Of a stretch of DNA of 64,000 nt, positions 19,211 through 29,295 are shown piece after piece. A program made the position numbers and the translations under genes. The stretch is from Flavobacteriales bacterium (GTDB lineage: Bacteria > Bacteroidota > Bacteroidia > Flavobacteriales_F > PHOS-HE28), in NCBI GenBank assembly GCA_016721005.1, contig JADKJM010000004.1, positions 177,701-241,700 of the forward strand. The letters are read 5' to 3'. Below the pieces are notes generated by a model. It saw only the letters and a list, made by a program, of their open reading frames with translations, searched no databases and was not told the origin of the DNA. How positions within the stretch are numbered: the stretch's first letter is position 1; each line of letters begins with the position of its first letter.

Positions 19211-19736
19211 GGTCGAGGTAGCGTTCGTTGATGATGCGAACATGATGCAGCTCATGACCGGCGATGGCCCATCCGAGTGTGCGCACGCTGAAAGGATTGC
19301 CACTCGCAGTGCCGATCCGGATGGCATCCTTCGGTACAAGTCCTTTGAACAAGGCCACGGTGGACCTCCGAAGGAGTCCCATCTCTTCCACGACATCATT
19401 CAACCTCCGCGTAGTACCGGATGCGATCTCTGCATAGGCGTTCTCATCAAAGCCAGGGAGGGGAGTGCCATCGCCGCGCGCGATCCGCATCGCGCGGTAC
19501 GCGAAGACCCGCTCGCAATCGATCAAGTGCTGGAGCACATCGACCAGTCGCCACTTTCCCGGCCCGTAGCTGAACAACGCGAGTTCATCGGTAATGAGCC
19601 GTGTGATCTTGGATCGTTCACGCTCGGCCCCTTCCAATGCAGCGAACACATCATCACCAGAACACTGATCGATGTAAGTCTTGTAATACGGCGCGAATTC
19701 TTTCGCTTCAGGACGTCCCCATGCGTTCATGACCAC
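19197..19736 (-). CDS. DinB/YfiT-like (DinB_2) family protein
   Basis: 179 aa with a His-rich four-helix-bundle pattern (HLIDCERVF..., HELHH). The start may instead be Met3 at 19730. Confidence 0.55.
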   Translation of the reverse strand: MVMNAWGRPEAKEFAPYYKTYIDQCSGDDVFAALEGAERERSKITRLITDELALFSYGPGKWRLVDVLQHLIDCERVFAYRAMRIARGDGTPLPGFDENAYAEIASGTTRRLNDVVEEMGLLRRSTVALFKGLVPKDAIRIGTASGNPFSVRTLGWAIAGHELHHVRIINERYLDHGNT

Positions 19737-19757
19737 AAGATAGACGCGGATCCTCCG

Positions 19758-20081
19758 TCAATCGTCCTCTTCGAGGGTGGCCTTCAACGCAAGGAGTTCT
19801 GCGCGGGTCTTTCGATCCTCCGTCATGATGCATCGAAGCGCACCAGCATCGCACGCCGAGATCGCTTCCGCCGTCCGACCTGCTTCCGCGTACATGACCG
19901 CGAGTTGGTAGTACGTGGGGATGTGTTCCGGCCGATCGGTGAGCAGTTGTTCCAACCAGGTCATGGCTTCGGGCGCGCGGCCGAGGCGTTTCAATTCCAA
20001 CGCCACGGCATAGCGCAGGAAGGAGTCGCCCGGTTCGTCAGCGAGCAGGGCTTGCAATTGGGAGAGGCGGTCGGTGTTCAT
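19758..20081 (-). CDS. Small tetratricopeptide-repeat protein
   Basis: 107 aa with TPR-like helix pairs (YAVALELKRLGRAPEAMTWLEQLL...YYQLAVMYAEAGRTAEA). Confidence 0.5.
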   Translation of the reverse strand: MNTDRLSQLQALLADEPGDSFLRYAVALELKRLGRAPEAMTWLEQLLTDRPEHIPTYYQLAVMYAEAGRTAEAISACDAGALRCIMTEDRKTRAELLALKATLEEDD

Positions 20082-20283
20082 GAGGTGAATGGATCCGCAG
20101 CAGGTTCATGGCGCATGGTGGTGGCATCGCTGTTCCGGACCATCCGGCGGTGTTCCATCAAGTGCTCCGGCTCGGGGATCGGCGCTACTTCGCAAAGTAC
20201 GGTTCGCACCGCCGGTCGTGCGACTTCCCGGAGCGACCAGTTCCATGGGCGGCGATCGATCGTGGTGTTCGGGCCCTACCGCA

Positions 20284-21858
20284 TCAACGCCCCAAGTCGT
20301 CATCCACGCCCAGCGCCGTGATGATCCGCTCGACTGAAGCCGTATCACTTTGGATCATGTGGAGTTCGATGCTCCGGTCACCAATACGTTCGATGCCTGC
20401 ATGTTCGGCCTCCGCTCTGGCCCATGCATTCGGGTCACCGCCTACGAAGAGGACACGCCCCGGTGCCGAACCGCCATAGGTGTTGCGTAGCCATGTGCGC
20501 CTGTCGTATCCCGCGCCGTACACAGGTGGGAAGCCGGTGAGCACCGGACAGGCGTAACATGTGAAGTGTGCTTGGAAGTGCGCGCGATGATCCTCTCGGA
20601 TCCCCGGCCAACGGATCGGGACGATCAGATCCGCGTGATGATCCTCGGCGAGTTCGCTCACAAGCGCGCAGCGTTCACGGAGAAGCGCGATCGGTTCCTC
20701 GCGCACATATGCACAGTCCTGTTCCGCGATCTCGCGTTGGATCACGGAGTCGATGGGTATCACCTTGAACACCGTCGAAGCCGCGAGGACGACCACGCAT
20801 GCAAGCATCCATGTGGATCGGATCCGGATGTCTTTCGCAACCATTGCTGCGAGCACGCCAAGGATCAACGGAAGGGCCAAGAACATTCGAGACTTCGGGA
20901 AGAAGACACTGGTGCAGCCCTCATGCACCTTCAGGATCCCCAAGGCCAGGATCATGCAGATCGCGATCGTAAAGAGTGAAAGTACCTCGAGTGTGCGACC
21001 GCGACGGATCAGGAACGCCAGACCGAGAACCAATAGGACCGGAAGAGTGCCTGCGGCAATAGATGCGAACGGGATCACATGCAGAACGTGTTGGTCGAAA
21101 TGCCTCAAACCGTCCAGGATCCGGTCCGCGCTGAAGGCGAGATCCGATGTCGTAAGCGGATGGATCAGGCGCTCGGGGTGATCAGCGTAATACGTCTGGG
21201 ACCATTGATGCAGGATGAATAACAACCCTAAGCCTGCGATCCCTGTGATCCAGAATTCCTTCGACCGGAAGTTGTTCCCGATCAACCAGACCACGATGCC
21301 GACCACTGCTGGTGCTGCATTCGGATTGCACCAGATGGCCAGCGCTAGCACCACACTCGTGAGCAAGTGCTTCGGCAATACTGATCGGATCCCTTGGATC
21401 CACGGAAGGAAACCCAGCAATGCGATGCCATGCACGAAGCCGCGCGATTGGGTGGTGATGAGTTCCCATTCCAACGGGAGCAGCAAGGGCACTGCGGCGA
21501 ACATCAGGGCAGATGTTCCGAACCTCTGTCGTCGGCACCAAAGGGCGCACGACCAGAACGGCCACAAGGCGAGGAGTGATGTGACGATGGGCAGCACGAT
21601 CCACGGATCCGCGCCGATGCGAACGAACGGCGCAGCGAGTAACGCCTCCAGCATCGGGTTGTAGTTCTGGCCGTAGAGGAATGGCTCGCGAAAGATCCCG
21701 TTGCCATAGTCGATGGCGACCTGCTGGATCAGCGCGTCATCGATGCCGATGTAGCGCGTGCCGAAGCGGAGCAGGATCACCACGCGCTCCGTGAAGCCTA
21801 GGACCAGCAGGACCCAAAGTCCGAGTCGCGTGGCGCGTTCAGGGGGCATTCTCCACAT
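20284..21858 (-). CDS. Polytopic membrane protein with a C-terminal soluble domain (possible glycosyltransferase family 39/ArnT-like)
   Basis: About 520 aa with at least 10 TM helices. The start is uncertain (candidate Mets at 21858, 21849 and 21912). It overlaps the miaA 3' end by 11 to 20 nt. Confidence 0.45.
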   Translation of the reverse strand: MWRMPPERATRLGLWVLLVLGFTERVVILLRFGTRYIGIDDALIQQVAIDYGNGIFREPFLYGQNYNPMLEALLAAPFVRIGADPWIVLPIVTSLLALWPFWSCALWCRRQRFGTSALMFAAVPLLLPLEWELITTQSRGFVHGIALLGFLPWIQGIRSVLPKHLLTSVVLALAIWCNPNAAPAVVGIVVWLIGNNFRSKEFWITGIAGLGLLFILHQWSQTYYADHPERLIHPLTTSDLAFSADRILDGLRHFDQHVLHVIPFASIAAGTLPVLLVLGLAFLIRRGRTLEVLSLFTIAICMILALGILKVHEGCTSVFFPKSRMFLALPLILGVLAAMVAKDIRIRSTWMLACVVVLAASTVFKVIPIDSVIQREIAEQDCAYVREEPIALLRERCALVSELAEDHHADLIVPIRWPGIREDHRAHFQAHFTCYACPVLTGFPPVYGAGYDRRTWLRNTYGGSAPGRVLFVGGDPNAWARAEAEHAGIERIGDRSIELHMIQSDTASVERIITALGVDDDLGR

Positions 21859-22741
21859 GGGCGATCCGCCGTTCATGGTCCGCAGCCGCGATCCAGGTCC
21901 AGGACGCATCACGCCGCAGCCAGGTCATCTGGCGCTTGGCGTAGTTGCGTGTGTGTTGCTTGATCAACGCGATCGCTTCGTCCAGGTCGAACGTGCCATC
22001 GAAATGGTCGAACAGCTCGCGATAGCCCACCGTGCGCAAGGCATTCTGCTCGCGATGGGGAATGAGACCACGCGCTTCCTCGATTAGACCTTCCGTGATC
22101 ATCCGGTCCACCCGCGCCTCGATCCGCTGGTACAATTGCTCGCGCGGGATTTCCATCGCCAGGTGAATGAGGCGTAGATCGGTGCGGTCACTTGGATCAG
22201 TGCGCTGGTCGCTGTACCGCTTGCCAGTGAGGAGGCAGACCTCCAGCGCGCGTAGGATGCGGTGCGGATTGTTCCGATCGATGCGTTCATGCGTCGCGGG
22301 ATCCAGAGCGTACAACTCCTTCAGCAAGGGTTCCAAGCCATGTTGATCCAAGCGGCGCCGAAGGGTTTCGCGCAAGCGTGGGTCGCTCAAGGGCAAAGGA
22401 TCCAAGCCTTTGGTCAAGGCATCGATGTAGAGCCCGCTTCCACCGACCAGAACGGCGATCCCCTTCTCCGCGATGATCCGTTGAAGAACAGTTTCGGCCT
22501 CACGCGCGAAACGTCCGGCGCTCCACGTCTCGGTGATCTCCAGATGTCCAAGGAAATGGTGCGGCACGCCGAGCAGTTCCGCTTCCTGTGGACGTGCTGT
22601 CCCGATGCGCATGGCCCGGTAGAACTGTCGTGAATCGGCACTGATCACGTCGGTACCGAAGTGCAGGGCCAACTGCACCGCCGCGTCGGTCTTTCCCGAA
22701 GCGGTTGCGCCGCCGATCACGATCAAGGTCCCTTTGTCCAT
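21839..22741 (-). CDS. miaA: tRNA dimethylallyltransferase
   Basis: N-terminal P-loop LIVIGGATASGKTDAAVQLA and typical MiaA length of 300 aa. Confidence 0.9.
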   Translation of the reverse strand: MDKGTLIVIGGATASGKTDAAVQLALHFGTDVISADSRQFYRAMRIGTARPQEAELLGVPHHFLGHLEITETWSAGRFAREAETVLQRIIAEKGIAVLVGGSGLYIDALTKGLDPLPLSDPRLRETLRRRLDQHGLEPLLKELYALDPATHERIDRNNPHRILRALEVCLLTGKRYSDQRTDPSDRTDLRLIHLAMEIPREQLYQRIEARVDRMITEGLIEEARGLIPHREQNALRTVGYRELFDHFDGTFDLDEAIALIKQHTRNYAKRQMTWLRRDASWTWIAAADHERRIAHVENAP

Positions 22742-22823
22742 ATCCGGTCACGGAAGGGACGAAAGGAACGCACTCCGGGCCGAACCAGCGGGCGCCTTCG
22801 TCCATCTGCTATTTTGCGCGCTC

Positions 22824-23579
22824 ATGGACCACCTGGAGATCGAGACCGCGCAGAATGTGGTGGTGCATCACGAGGTGGCCAGCATCGGTGACCGTATCGT
22901 GGCGTGGATCATCGACCGATTGGTGGTCATCGCCTGGATCATCGTATGGATCGTCATCGCGGCGATCAGTGACTCCAACACCGGAACAGCCTTGGTGGTC
23001 ATCATCATCATCGCGCTTCTGCCGCTTGCATTCTACAACCTTGTTTGCGAATTGGTCATGGACGGCCAGAGCATCGGGAAAGCCGCGCAGAAGATCAAGG
23101 TGGCGCGGAAGGACGGTGGCCATCCGGGCTTGGGGCAGTACCTGCTGCGCTGGGTCCTGCGGCCTATCGACCAATTCTATGGATTGGGGCTTTTGGTGAT
23201 CCTGATCAACGGCAAGGGCCAACGTTTAGGCGATCTGGCCGCAGGCACCACGGTGGTCTCCTTGAAGCAGCGCGTGCAACTGAAGGACACCTTGATGACA
23301 GACGTGAGCGAAACGCACCAAGTGCGATTTCCAAGTGCCAACCGGTTGACAGATGCGCAGGCTGCCATGATCAAGGAAGTGATGAACAACTTCCGGGTGG
23401 GCAACCGGTGGGCGCTGATCGAGGAGATGGCGGAGAAGGTGCGCACGGCGATCGGTGACCGTGGCGAGGAATTGAAGCCACTGGACTTTTTGCGAACGGT
23501 GCTGAAGGATTACGTCCACATCACCGGACAACAGGGTGCCGGTACCGGGCACTTCAGAGGAGAACGGCCGAAGACCTGA
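22824..23579 (+). CDS. RDD-family membrane protein
   Basis: Trimmed to MDHLEIE at 22824. TM core with the RDD pattern (IDRLVVIAWIIVWIV...GKAAQKIKVARKDG). Confidence 0.6.
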   Translation: MDHLEIETAQNVVVHHEVASIGDRIVAWIIDRLVVIAWIIVWIVIAAISDSNTGTALVVIIIIALLPLAFYNLVCELVMDGQSIGKAAQKIKVARKDGGHPGLGQYLLRWVLRPIDQFYGLGLLVILINGKGQRLGDLAAGTTVVSLKQRVQLKDTLMTDVSETHQVRFPSANRLTDAQAAMIKEVMNNFRVGNRWALIEEMAEKVRTAIGDRGEELKPLDFLRTVLKDYVHITGQQGAGTGHFRGERPKT

Positions 23580-23591
23580 GCGCGGCTCCGC

Positions 23592-24242
23592 TCACCGCAT
23601 ATCGTTCACCTCCACGCCAGGGTATTTCGCCTTATCGAAGACGAAGAGTGCGTCAGCCAACGTAGGATCGGCGGTGAACTTCTTCAGCGTGTACGTGACC
23701 ACATTGCCATCCTTGTAAAGGACCTGCACGCTGCGCGGCTCGCCCTTGGCCTTGTCCACCGTGAGCACCACCGTGTGGTAGGCTTTCTTGGTGGCATCCA
23801 ACGGGAAAAGCTTGATCACTTGCGTCATCACCCCATCGGCACCGGCCTTCTCTTCCACGAACTGGCTCTTGAAGCCCTTCTCGTACTGCGTGAAGATCTT
23901 GCTCGGATCGAGTTCCTGATCCATCTCCGCGGGATCGCTCAACGTCACCTCGTTCGTTGCCGTGCTGTATGTGTGCAGGATCGCACCGTCGTTGATGATG
24001 ATGTTCTTGTCCAGCACCAAGCGGAATTTCTTGCCCTTCACCTTCATGTTGCCCTCTTGCTTGATGTCCAGCTTGTCCTTCGTGCTCTGCAAGCGGCTGG
24101 AGAAATCGGCTTCGAAGCTGGTCCACGCCTTCGCTTGGGTCATCAAGCGGTCCACAATGGCCTTGCTCTTGGGGTCGTCCTGTGCGACACTATTGAAAGT
24201 GAGCAACAGGGAAGCAGCGAGTACGAGTGTGGACTTGATCAT
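23592..24242 (-). CDS. LolA-like outer-membrane lipoprotein carrier/sorting family protein
   Basis: Trimmed to MIKSTLVLAASLLLTFNSVAQ, a signal peptide. Typical LolA-fold length and pattern. Confidence 0.5.
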   Translation of the reverse strand: MIKSTLVLAASLLLTFNSVAQDDPKSKAIVDRLMTQAKAWTSFEADFSSRLQSTKDKLDIKQEGNMKVKGKKFRLVLDKNIIINDGAILHTYSTATNEVTLSDPAEMDQELDPSKIFTQYEKGFKSQFVEEKAGADGVMTQVIKLFPLDATKKAYHTVVLTVDKAKGEPRSVQVLYKDGNVVTYTLKKFTADPTLADALFVFDKAKYPGVEVNDMR

Positions 24243-24316
24243 GGTGCGAAGGTATCGGCGGCCGCAGTAGTCAAACGCCATGCCACCGGAATTGAATGGC
24301 GAGGATCAGGACCGAC

Positions 24317-24844
24317 CTATTTCCCCTTTTGCCAGTTGGGGTGGGCCTTCATCACCTCCTTCACTTTCTTTCCCTTCAGCATGGTGCCGGTGCATTTGGG
24401 TGAACCACAATGGCAAGCCCATGTGCGCAGGAGTTTTGGCGTGTACTTCACATCGAAGTTGAAGCCGTAGTCGTAGATGATCTCCTCGCCGGGCTTGATG
24501 CTGCGCTTCGCTTCGATGAGCACGCGGTCCTTCTTCGGATCGGGCTTCTTCTTGTTCTCGCTGTGGATGAACGCCTCCGCATTGGGTTCGCAACCGGTGT
24601 TGATCCAGCGCGCCACATTGCCGCGCACGTTGGCATTCACGATCCAGTGTTCGTTCAGGGTGAACAGGAAGGTGTGCCCCGAATCGGTGCCTTCCTTGTA
24701 CTTCTCATCGGCCTCAGCGTGTGTGAGGAGTTGTCCCAGATATTCCACGATGTGCTCTCCTTTTCGGATGGGGGCGGTGGCGAACACGCCATTGCCATGG
24801 ATCTTCGAGCGACGACGTGCGATCTTCAATTTCTTCTTCGACAT
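24317..24844 (-). CDS. SET-domain protein (putative protein-lysine methyltransferase) with post-SET Cys cluster
   Basis: Trimmed to MSKKKLKIARRRSKIHGNGVFA at 24844. SET motifs GNGVFA, RWINTGCEPNAEA (NHS/C-like) and EEIIYDYGFNFD; C-terminal CHCGSPKC post-SET Zn motif. Confidence 0.75.
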   Translation of the reverse strand: MSKKKLKIARRRSKIHGNGVFATAPIRKGEHIVEYLGQLLTHAEADEKYKEGTDSGHTFLFTLNEHWIVNANVRGNVARWINTGCEPNAEAFIHSENKKKPDPKKDRVLIEAKRSIKPGEEIIYDYGFNFDVKYTPKLLRTWACHCGSPKCTGTMLKGKKVKEVMKAHPNWQKGK

Positions 24845-25239
24845 GAATAGTGTGCTGCTTAGCGGGGCGCAAAGAAAGGCGGAAGATCCGTGCGGGGGAT
24901 GGGGTGCTCTGGGAGTTATGAATACAGCCGCCGATGACGCGGATGGCGCGGATGAAGAAAGATGAATTACAGCGGATGGACGCCTCTGCGAGGCGCGATC
25001 ACTCCTCGGAATAGCCGCAAGGAGGGGGGCGCGGGGCCACGCCTCCCCGTCGGCAGCCCCGGCGCGTTCGACTCGCGCCTGTTGCCTTCCAGCGCCCAAG
25101 CCGTGTGCCTTCCATGGCGGTGATGATGCGTTTGTGCTCCCGGAAGCCGACACAGTTAGCGGCCCTCAGCCTTTGACCACCGCCAACCATCAGAAAATCT
25201 GCGCTATCCGCGCCATCTGCGGCTGTATTTATCCGACTC

Positions 25240-26667
25240 CTAGAAATAGAGATGCACCACGAACACCGCCGTGATCACACACACCAGGTCAGCCGTTAGC
25301 ATGATCCCTAAGGTGTAGCGGCTGTCCTTCACATTCACGCTGCCGAAGTAGAGCGCCACCACATAGAAGGTGGTCTCGGCGGCCCCTTGGAACAAGCAAC
25401 TGAGCTGGCCCGCCACGCTATCCGGCCCATAGGTCTTCATCGCATCGAGCATGAAGCCACGTGAGCCACCAGCGCTGAACGGACGCATGAGTGCCACGGG
25501 GATCGCGTCGATCACTTCCTTGTCCACACCGGCACCGCTCATCACCCAAGCGAGGCCATCCATGACCAGGCCCATGAGGCCGCTGTTGCGGAAGATGCTG
25601 AGTGCGGCAAGCATAGCCAGCATGTAGGGAAGCACGCGCAGGCCAGTGGTGAATCCATCCTTTGCGCCATGCACGAAGCTGTCGAACATGTTCGTGCCCT
25701 TCTCCCGAAAGTAGCGCTCCACGATGAACGCGTAGCCGACGATGAGGCCGATGATCCCCAGCAGCATGCCGTTGCTGAGGTTGTCCGTGAAGTGGAACTT
25801 ATCCGAGCCGGACAATCCACCGATGTAGGCCATGAGTACCCCGATGATGGTGCTGATCAACAACACGCTCAACATCACCGGCAGGTTGAAGAGGTTGATG
25901 CGCTGCTTGGCCGCAACCAGGAAAAGCGCGGCCAGCGTTCCCACGAAGCTGGTGATGATGCACGGGATCATGATGTCCGCTGGATTGGCGGCGCCCTGCG
26001 CAGCGCGGTACCCGATGATGCTTGTGGGCAGGAGCGTAAGGCCTGCCGCGTGCAAACACAGGAACATGATCTGGCTGTTCGTCGCCTTGTCCTTGTTCGG
26101 ATTGTCCTCCTGCATACTTTCCATCGCCTTCAAGCCGAAAGGAGTGGCAGCACTATCAAGACCAAGGAAGTTCGCTGCGAAATTCAAGGTCATGAAGCCA
26201 TAGGCCGGATGATCCCTGCGCAGATCAGGAAAAATGCGGTGGAAGACCGGTGAGAGGAAGAGCGCGACCTTCTCCATGGCGCGCGAATCGATAAGCAGGT
26301 TAAGCAAGCCGCAGAAGAACGTGAGGTAGCCGATCAGCGGAAGCCACAGGTCCATGATGGTATTGCGGCACGTTGCGAAGAGACCATCGGCGGGTTGTTT
26401 GCCGCGCGTCAGCTTCACGGTGCCGGTGCTGCTAAGGACATAGCGGTCGTCGCCGGAAGTCACGCCGACAGCGCCCGCCTTGCGCAGTTGTGCCATCATG
26501 GCCGTGCCGTGGATCGCAGCGGTGTCCAACTCCGCGACCACGAGTGCTTCACCCTGAACGCCGTTGATGAGTGTGCCGAGGCTGTACTGCCTACCCGCCG
26601 CGAGCATGACCAACACATACCCGATGCTGAGCAGAAGAATGAAGGTCCAGAAGCGACTGAGGGCCAT
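25240..26667 (-). CDS. Nucleoside-recognition (Gate) domain membrane protein, SpmA/SpmB-like fusion
   Basis: 475 aa with many TM helices and two Gate-domain-like halves. Confidence 0.55.
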   Translation of the reverse strand: MALSRFWTFILLLSIGYVLVMLAAGRQYSLGTLINGVQGEALVVAELDTAAIHGTAMMAQLRKAGAVGVTSGDDRYVLSSTGTVKLTRGKQPADGLFATCRNTIMDLWLPLIGYLTFFCGLLNLLIDSRAMEKVALFLSPVFHRIFPDLRRDHPAYGFMTLNFAANFLGLDSAATPFGLKAMESMQEDNPNKDKATNSQIMFLCLHAAGLTLLPTSIIGYRAAQGAANPADIMIPCIITSFVGTLAALFLVAAKQRINLFNLPVMLSVLLISTIIGVLMAYIGGLSGSDKFHFTDNLSNGMLLGIIGLIVGYAFIVERYFREKGTNMFDSFVHGAKDGFTTGLRVLPYMLAMLAALSIFRNSGLMGLVMDGLAWVMSGAGVDKEVIDAIPVALMRPFSAGGSRGFMLDAMKTYGPDSVAGQLSCLFQGAAETTFYVVALYFGSVNVKDSRYTLGIMLTADLVCVITAVFVVHLYF

Positions 26668-26875
26668 GCTGCAAAGAAGGGGAGGGCTATCCCCGACACG
26701 GCACGCGATCCTCGCGCTCGGCGAACAGCCCGCTGTGGACGATGCCTACGAAGGAGCAGATGCACTCAGCCCATACACCATCGGCAACTTGCCTTCCATG
26801 CTTTTGATCCGGAACATGAACGTCCCGCTTGGCTCCGCTGCTTCGACGGCACTTCGTTCGTCAATCGCAACGGAT

Positions 26876-27871
26876 CTACGGCAACTGCAGCTCCCGCATA
26901 TCACCCTTGTCCGTGATCCAGATGTACTTCACCAGTTGCTTCACATCCTTCGGGGTGAAGGCCGGTGGCAACTGGCATTGCAGCACAAGGTTGTAGGTGT
27001 ACTGCACGGGCGGTTCGGTGATGTCCGGGTGCAGGACGATATCGAAGCGTCCGTAAGGCACCTTGTTGTAGAACATGGTTTTTGGCTTCCGGATGTCGTT
27101 CACCTGCTGTCCACGGCGCTTGCTGTTCAGGCTCATGCTGCTGTGCGCTTGGTAGTCGCGGTAGCGCTCGAGCGGGAAGAAGGCGGCGTTCTGTTCGGCC
27201 GCATTGCGGTGGCTCTCCTCCAGCTTCATGCCCAGCTTGCCGAAGGCATCCAGCTTCTTCTGCATGGCCCGGAACGCAATGGTGCGCAAGGTGTCCAGAC
27301 AAGCGCCTTGGTCGCGGACGCTGTAATCCACCTTCACCAGATCATAGATCTCCTCCTTGGCCGCGGCGGTCACGATGCGGTCCAACACCTTGGCATCGCT
27401 GAAACGCACGTGGATGTTCTTCTGGATCTCGAAGCCTGCTGGGATCTCCTGGTAGTACTTGCTCCAGCCCTTGCGAAGGGTCTCGTACTCGAAGACCGGC
27501 ACGAAACTGAGCATGTCGATGAAGACGTCATCCACTTTCAACTTGTCTCTTTTCAACCTTGCTTGCATCCCATCGATGCGCTCATTGATCAAACTATCGG
27601 CCTCTTCGGCGGTTTGGCCCACTTGGCTCACGTGGAAGATGGCGAGGTAGCTGTCCGCCCGCGCATTCATCATCGCGTTCACCTCCAACACCAGCATGTT
27701 GCCTTGGATGGTCGCCCTTACGGGTTGTTCGGCTTGCTGGAAGAAGACGCGCGTGTTGGCGTCGTAGAGCAGGTTACCGGCGATCTGCGCCGATGCGGAA
27801 AGACCAAGTGCGAATGCGAAAAGGGCGAACAGTGATCGGGTCTGATGGTGCATGGTGCGTTGGATTTGCAC
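26876..27871 (-). CDS. SIMPL-domain (DUF541) periplasmic protein
   Basis: Signal peptide (SLFALFAFALGLSASAQ). Length and pattern are consistent with a SIMPL domain. Confidence 0.45.
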   Translation of the reverse strand: MQIQRTMHHQTRSLFALFAFALGLSASAQIAGNLLYDANTRVFFQQAEQPVRATIQGNMLVLEVNAMMNARADSYLAIFHVSQVGQTAEEADSLINERIDGMQARLKRDKLKVDDVFIDMLSFVPVFEYETLRKGWSKYYQEIPAGFEIQKNIHVRFSDAKVLDRIVTAAAKEEIYDLVKVDYSVRDQGACLDTLRTIAFRAMQKKLDAFGKLGMKLEESHRNAAEQNAAFFPLERYRDYQAHSSMSLNSKRRGQQVNDIRKPKTMFYNKVPYGRFDIVLHPDITEPPVQYTYNLVLQCQLPPAFTPKDVKQLVKYIWITDKGDMRELQLP

Positions 27872-27932
27872 CAGCGGTACACCGCGAATGGATCGAAGTT
27901 CATTCGATCACCGAACGGCCAGGACAAGTGCG

Positions 27933-28739
27933 CTACTCGTAGTGCTTGCCCACCATGCGCTGGAACATCCGGCCGGGCAAGAGCTTCTTCGCCAATACAC
28001 TGATGCGTTGCATGCCTTGCGCCACGATGTAGGTGGTCCTCGGATGTTCGGAGGCGATCACCTTTGCCACCACACGCGCGAGTTCATCCGGGTCACGGCT
28101 GTAGTGCAAACTGCCACCGAGCACCTCCATGGCTTTGTTGTAACCGGGTGCATGTGCCTCGGAGATCTTCTCCGGACGCAATCGCCCGGTAGCGATGTTG
28201 GTCTTGAATTCACCGGGTTGGATCGAAACCACTTGGATGCCGAAGCGCTTCATCTCGATGGACAGCGCCTCGCCGTACCGATCCAACGCTGCCTTGCTGG
28301 CACTATAGAAACTGCGGTAGGGTAAGCCGAAGTTGGAAGCGATGCTGCTGATGTTGATGATGAGGCCGCGGCCTTGGGTGCGCATCGTGGGTAACACCGC
28401 GCGACACACCCGGTGTGGGCCGATCACATTCGTATCCATGACCTGTTGGGCCATCTCCGGTGTGATGTCCTCCGCCGGACCTTGGATCCCGATGCCCGCG
28501 TTGTTCACCACCACATCGATCCTTCGTTCGCGAGCGAGGATCTGATCAACCGCGCGCTGCACACTGGCGCTGTCGGTCACATCCATGGCGACCAAATTGT
28601 AGCCCAGCACCTCGTTCGTACTCGGACTTCGCCCTGTGCCGTAAACCTTGTGGCCAAGCGCCGCGAGGCGCTCACAGATGGCCTTGCCCAAGCCGCTGCT
28701 GCCGCCGGTGACCAGCACCACCTTTACGAATTCCGACAT
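27933..28739 (-). CDS. SDR-family oxidoreductase
   Basis: Motifs VLVTGGSSGLGKA (TGxxxGxG), NNAG and the catalytic YxxxK (YSASKAAL). Confidence 0.85.
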   Translation of the reverse strand: MSEFVKVVLVTGGSSGLGKAICERLAALGHKVYGTGRSPSTNEVLGYNLVAMDVTDSASVQRAVDQILARERRIDVVVNNAGIGIQGPAEDITPEMAQQVMDTNVIGPHRVCRAVLPTMRTQGRGLIINISSIASNFGLPYRSFYSASKAALDRYGEALSIEMKRFGIQVVSIQPGEFKTNIATGRLRPEKISEAHAPGYNKAMEVLGGSLHYSRDPDELARVVAKVIASEHPRTTYIVAQGMQRISVLAKKLLPGRMFQRMVGKHYE

Positions 28740-29055
28740 GGCGCCAAGGTAGCGGGAGGGTTGGTCGTGGGAGGGCGTTGTTCGTTGGTCGTGTGGAACG
28801 TTGTTCGGCTGGATGGGAAGAAGAACCGATCACTTGTCTCGAGCCTGCCGGACAACCATCAACCTTCACCACGAATAACGACCAACGAATTACCCCCAAA
28901 AAAGAGGGGCAAGCGACCCGTATCGCTCCGCATCGACCGCCTACCCTTGCTGCCTTCCGGCCCTGGGGGGTTAAGCGGGAGCTGGACGTACAGAACTTGC
29001 CCCGGCGCAAATGTAGGGCGGGGAGGAGGAAGATCGGAGAGAGCGAACACAGTCT

Positions 29056-29274
29056 CACGCGGAGGCGCGGTGGGAACGGGGGAATACAATTACAGGTTCA
29101 CGCAGAGGCGCAGGGAACGCAGAGGATGAGCACGCGGTTCTTTCCCCAGAAAGATGGAAGTCTGAGGTTGACGAACGCATCTGCTTTGAGCGCCCTCTGC
29201 GTTCTCTGCGCCTCTGCGTGATGTATTTCTTCCAGTCTCTCTGCAGTACCTCCGCGTCCTCTGCGCCTCTGCGT
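29056..29274. repeat. Cluster of CACGCAGAGGCGCAG motifs in direct and inverted orientation in a 550-bp non-coding gap
   Basis: cacgcggaggcgcgg at 29056-70 and cacgcagaggcgcag at 29099-113. Reverse complements ctgcgcctctgcgtg at 29206-20 and 29260-74, plus a partial copy near 29197. Confidence 0.7.
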
Positions 29275-29295
29275 GAGGTATTCCTCTTTCTGCTC

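Noticed and set aside
24845-25239. Possible ncRNA or regulatory region in the 400-bp GC-rich gap upstream of the SET gene
   Set aside because: No recognisable structure or consensus. It contains only a 63-aa artefact-like ORF.
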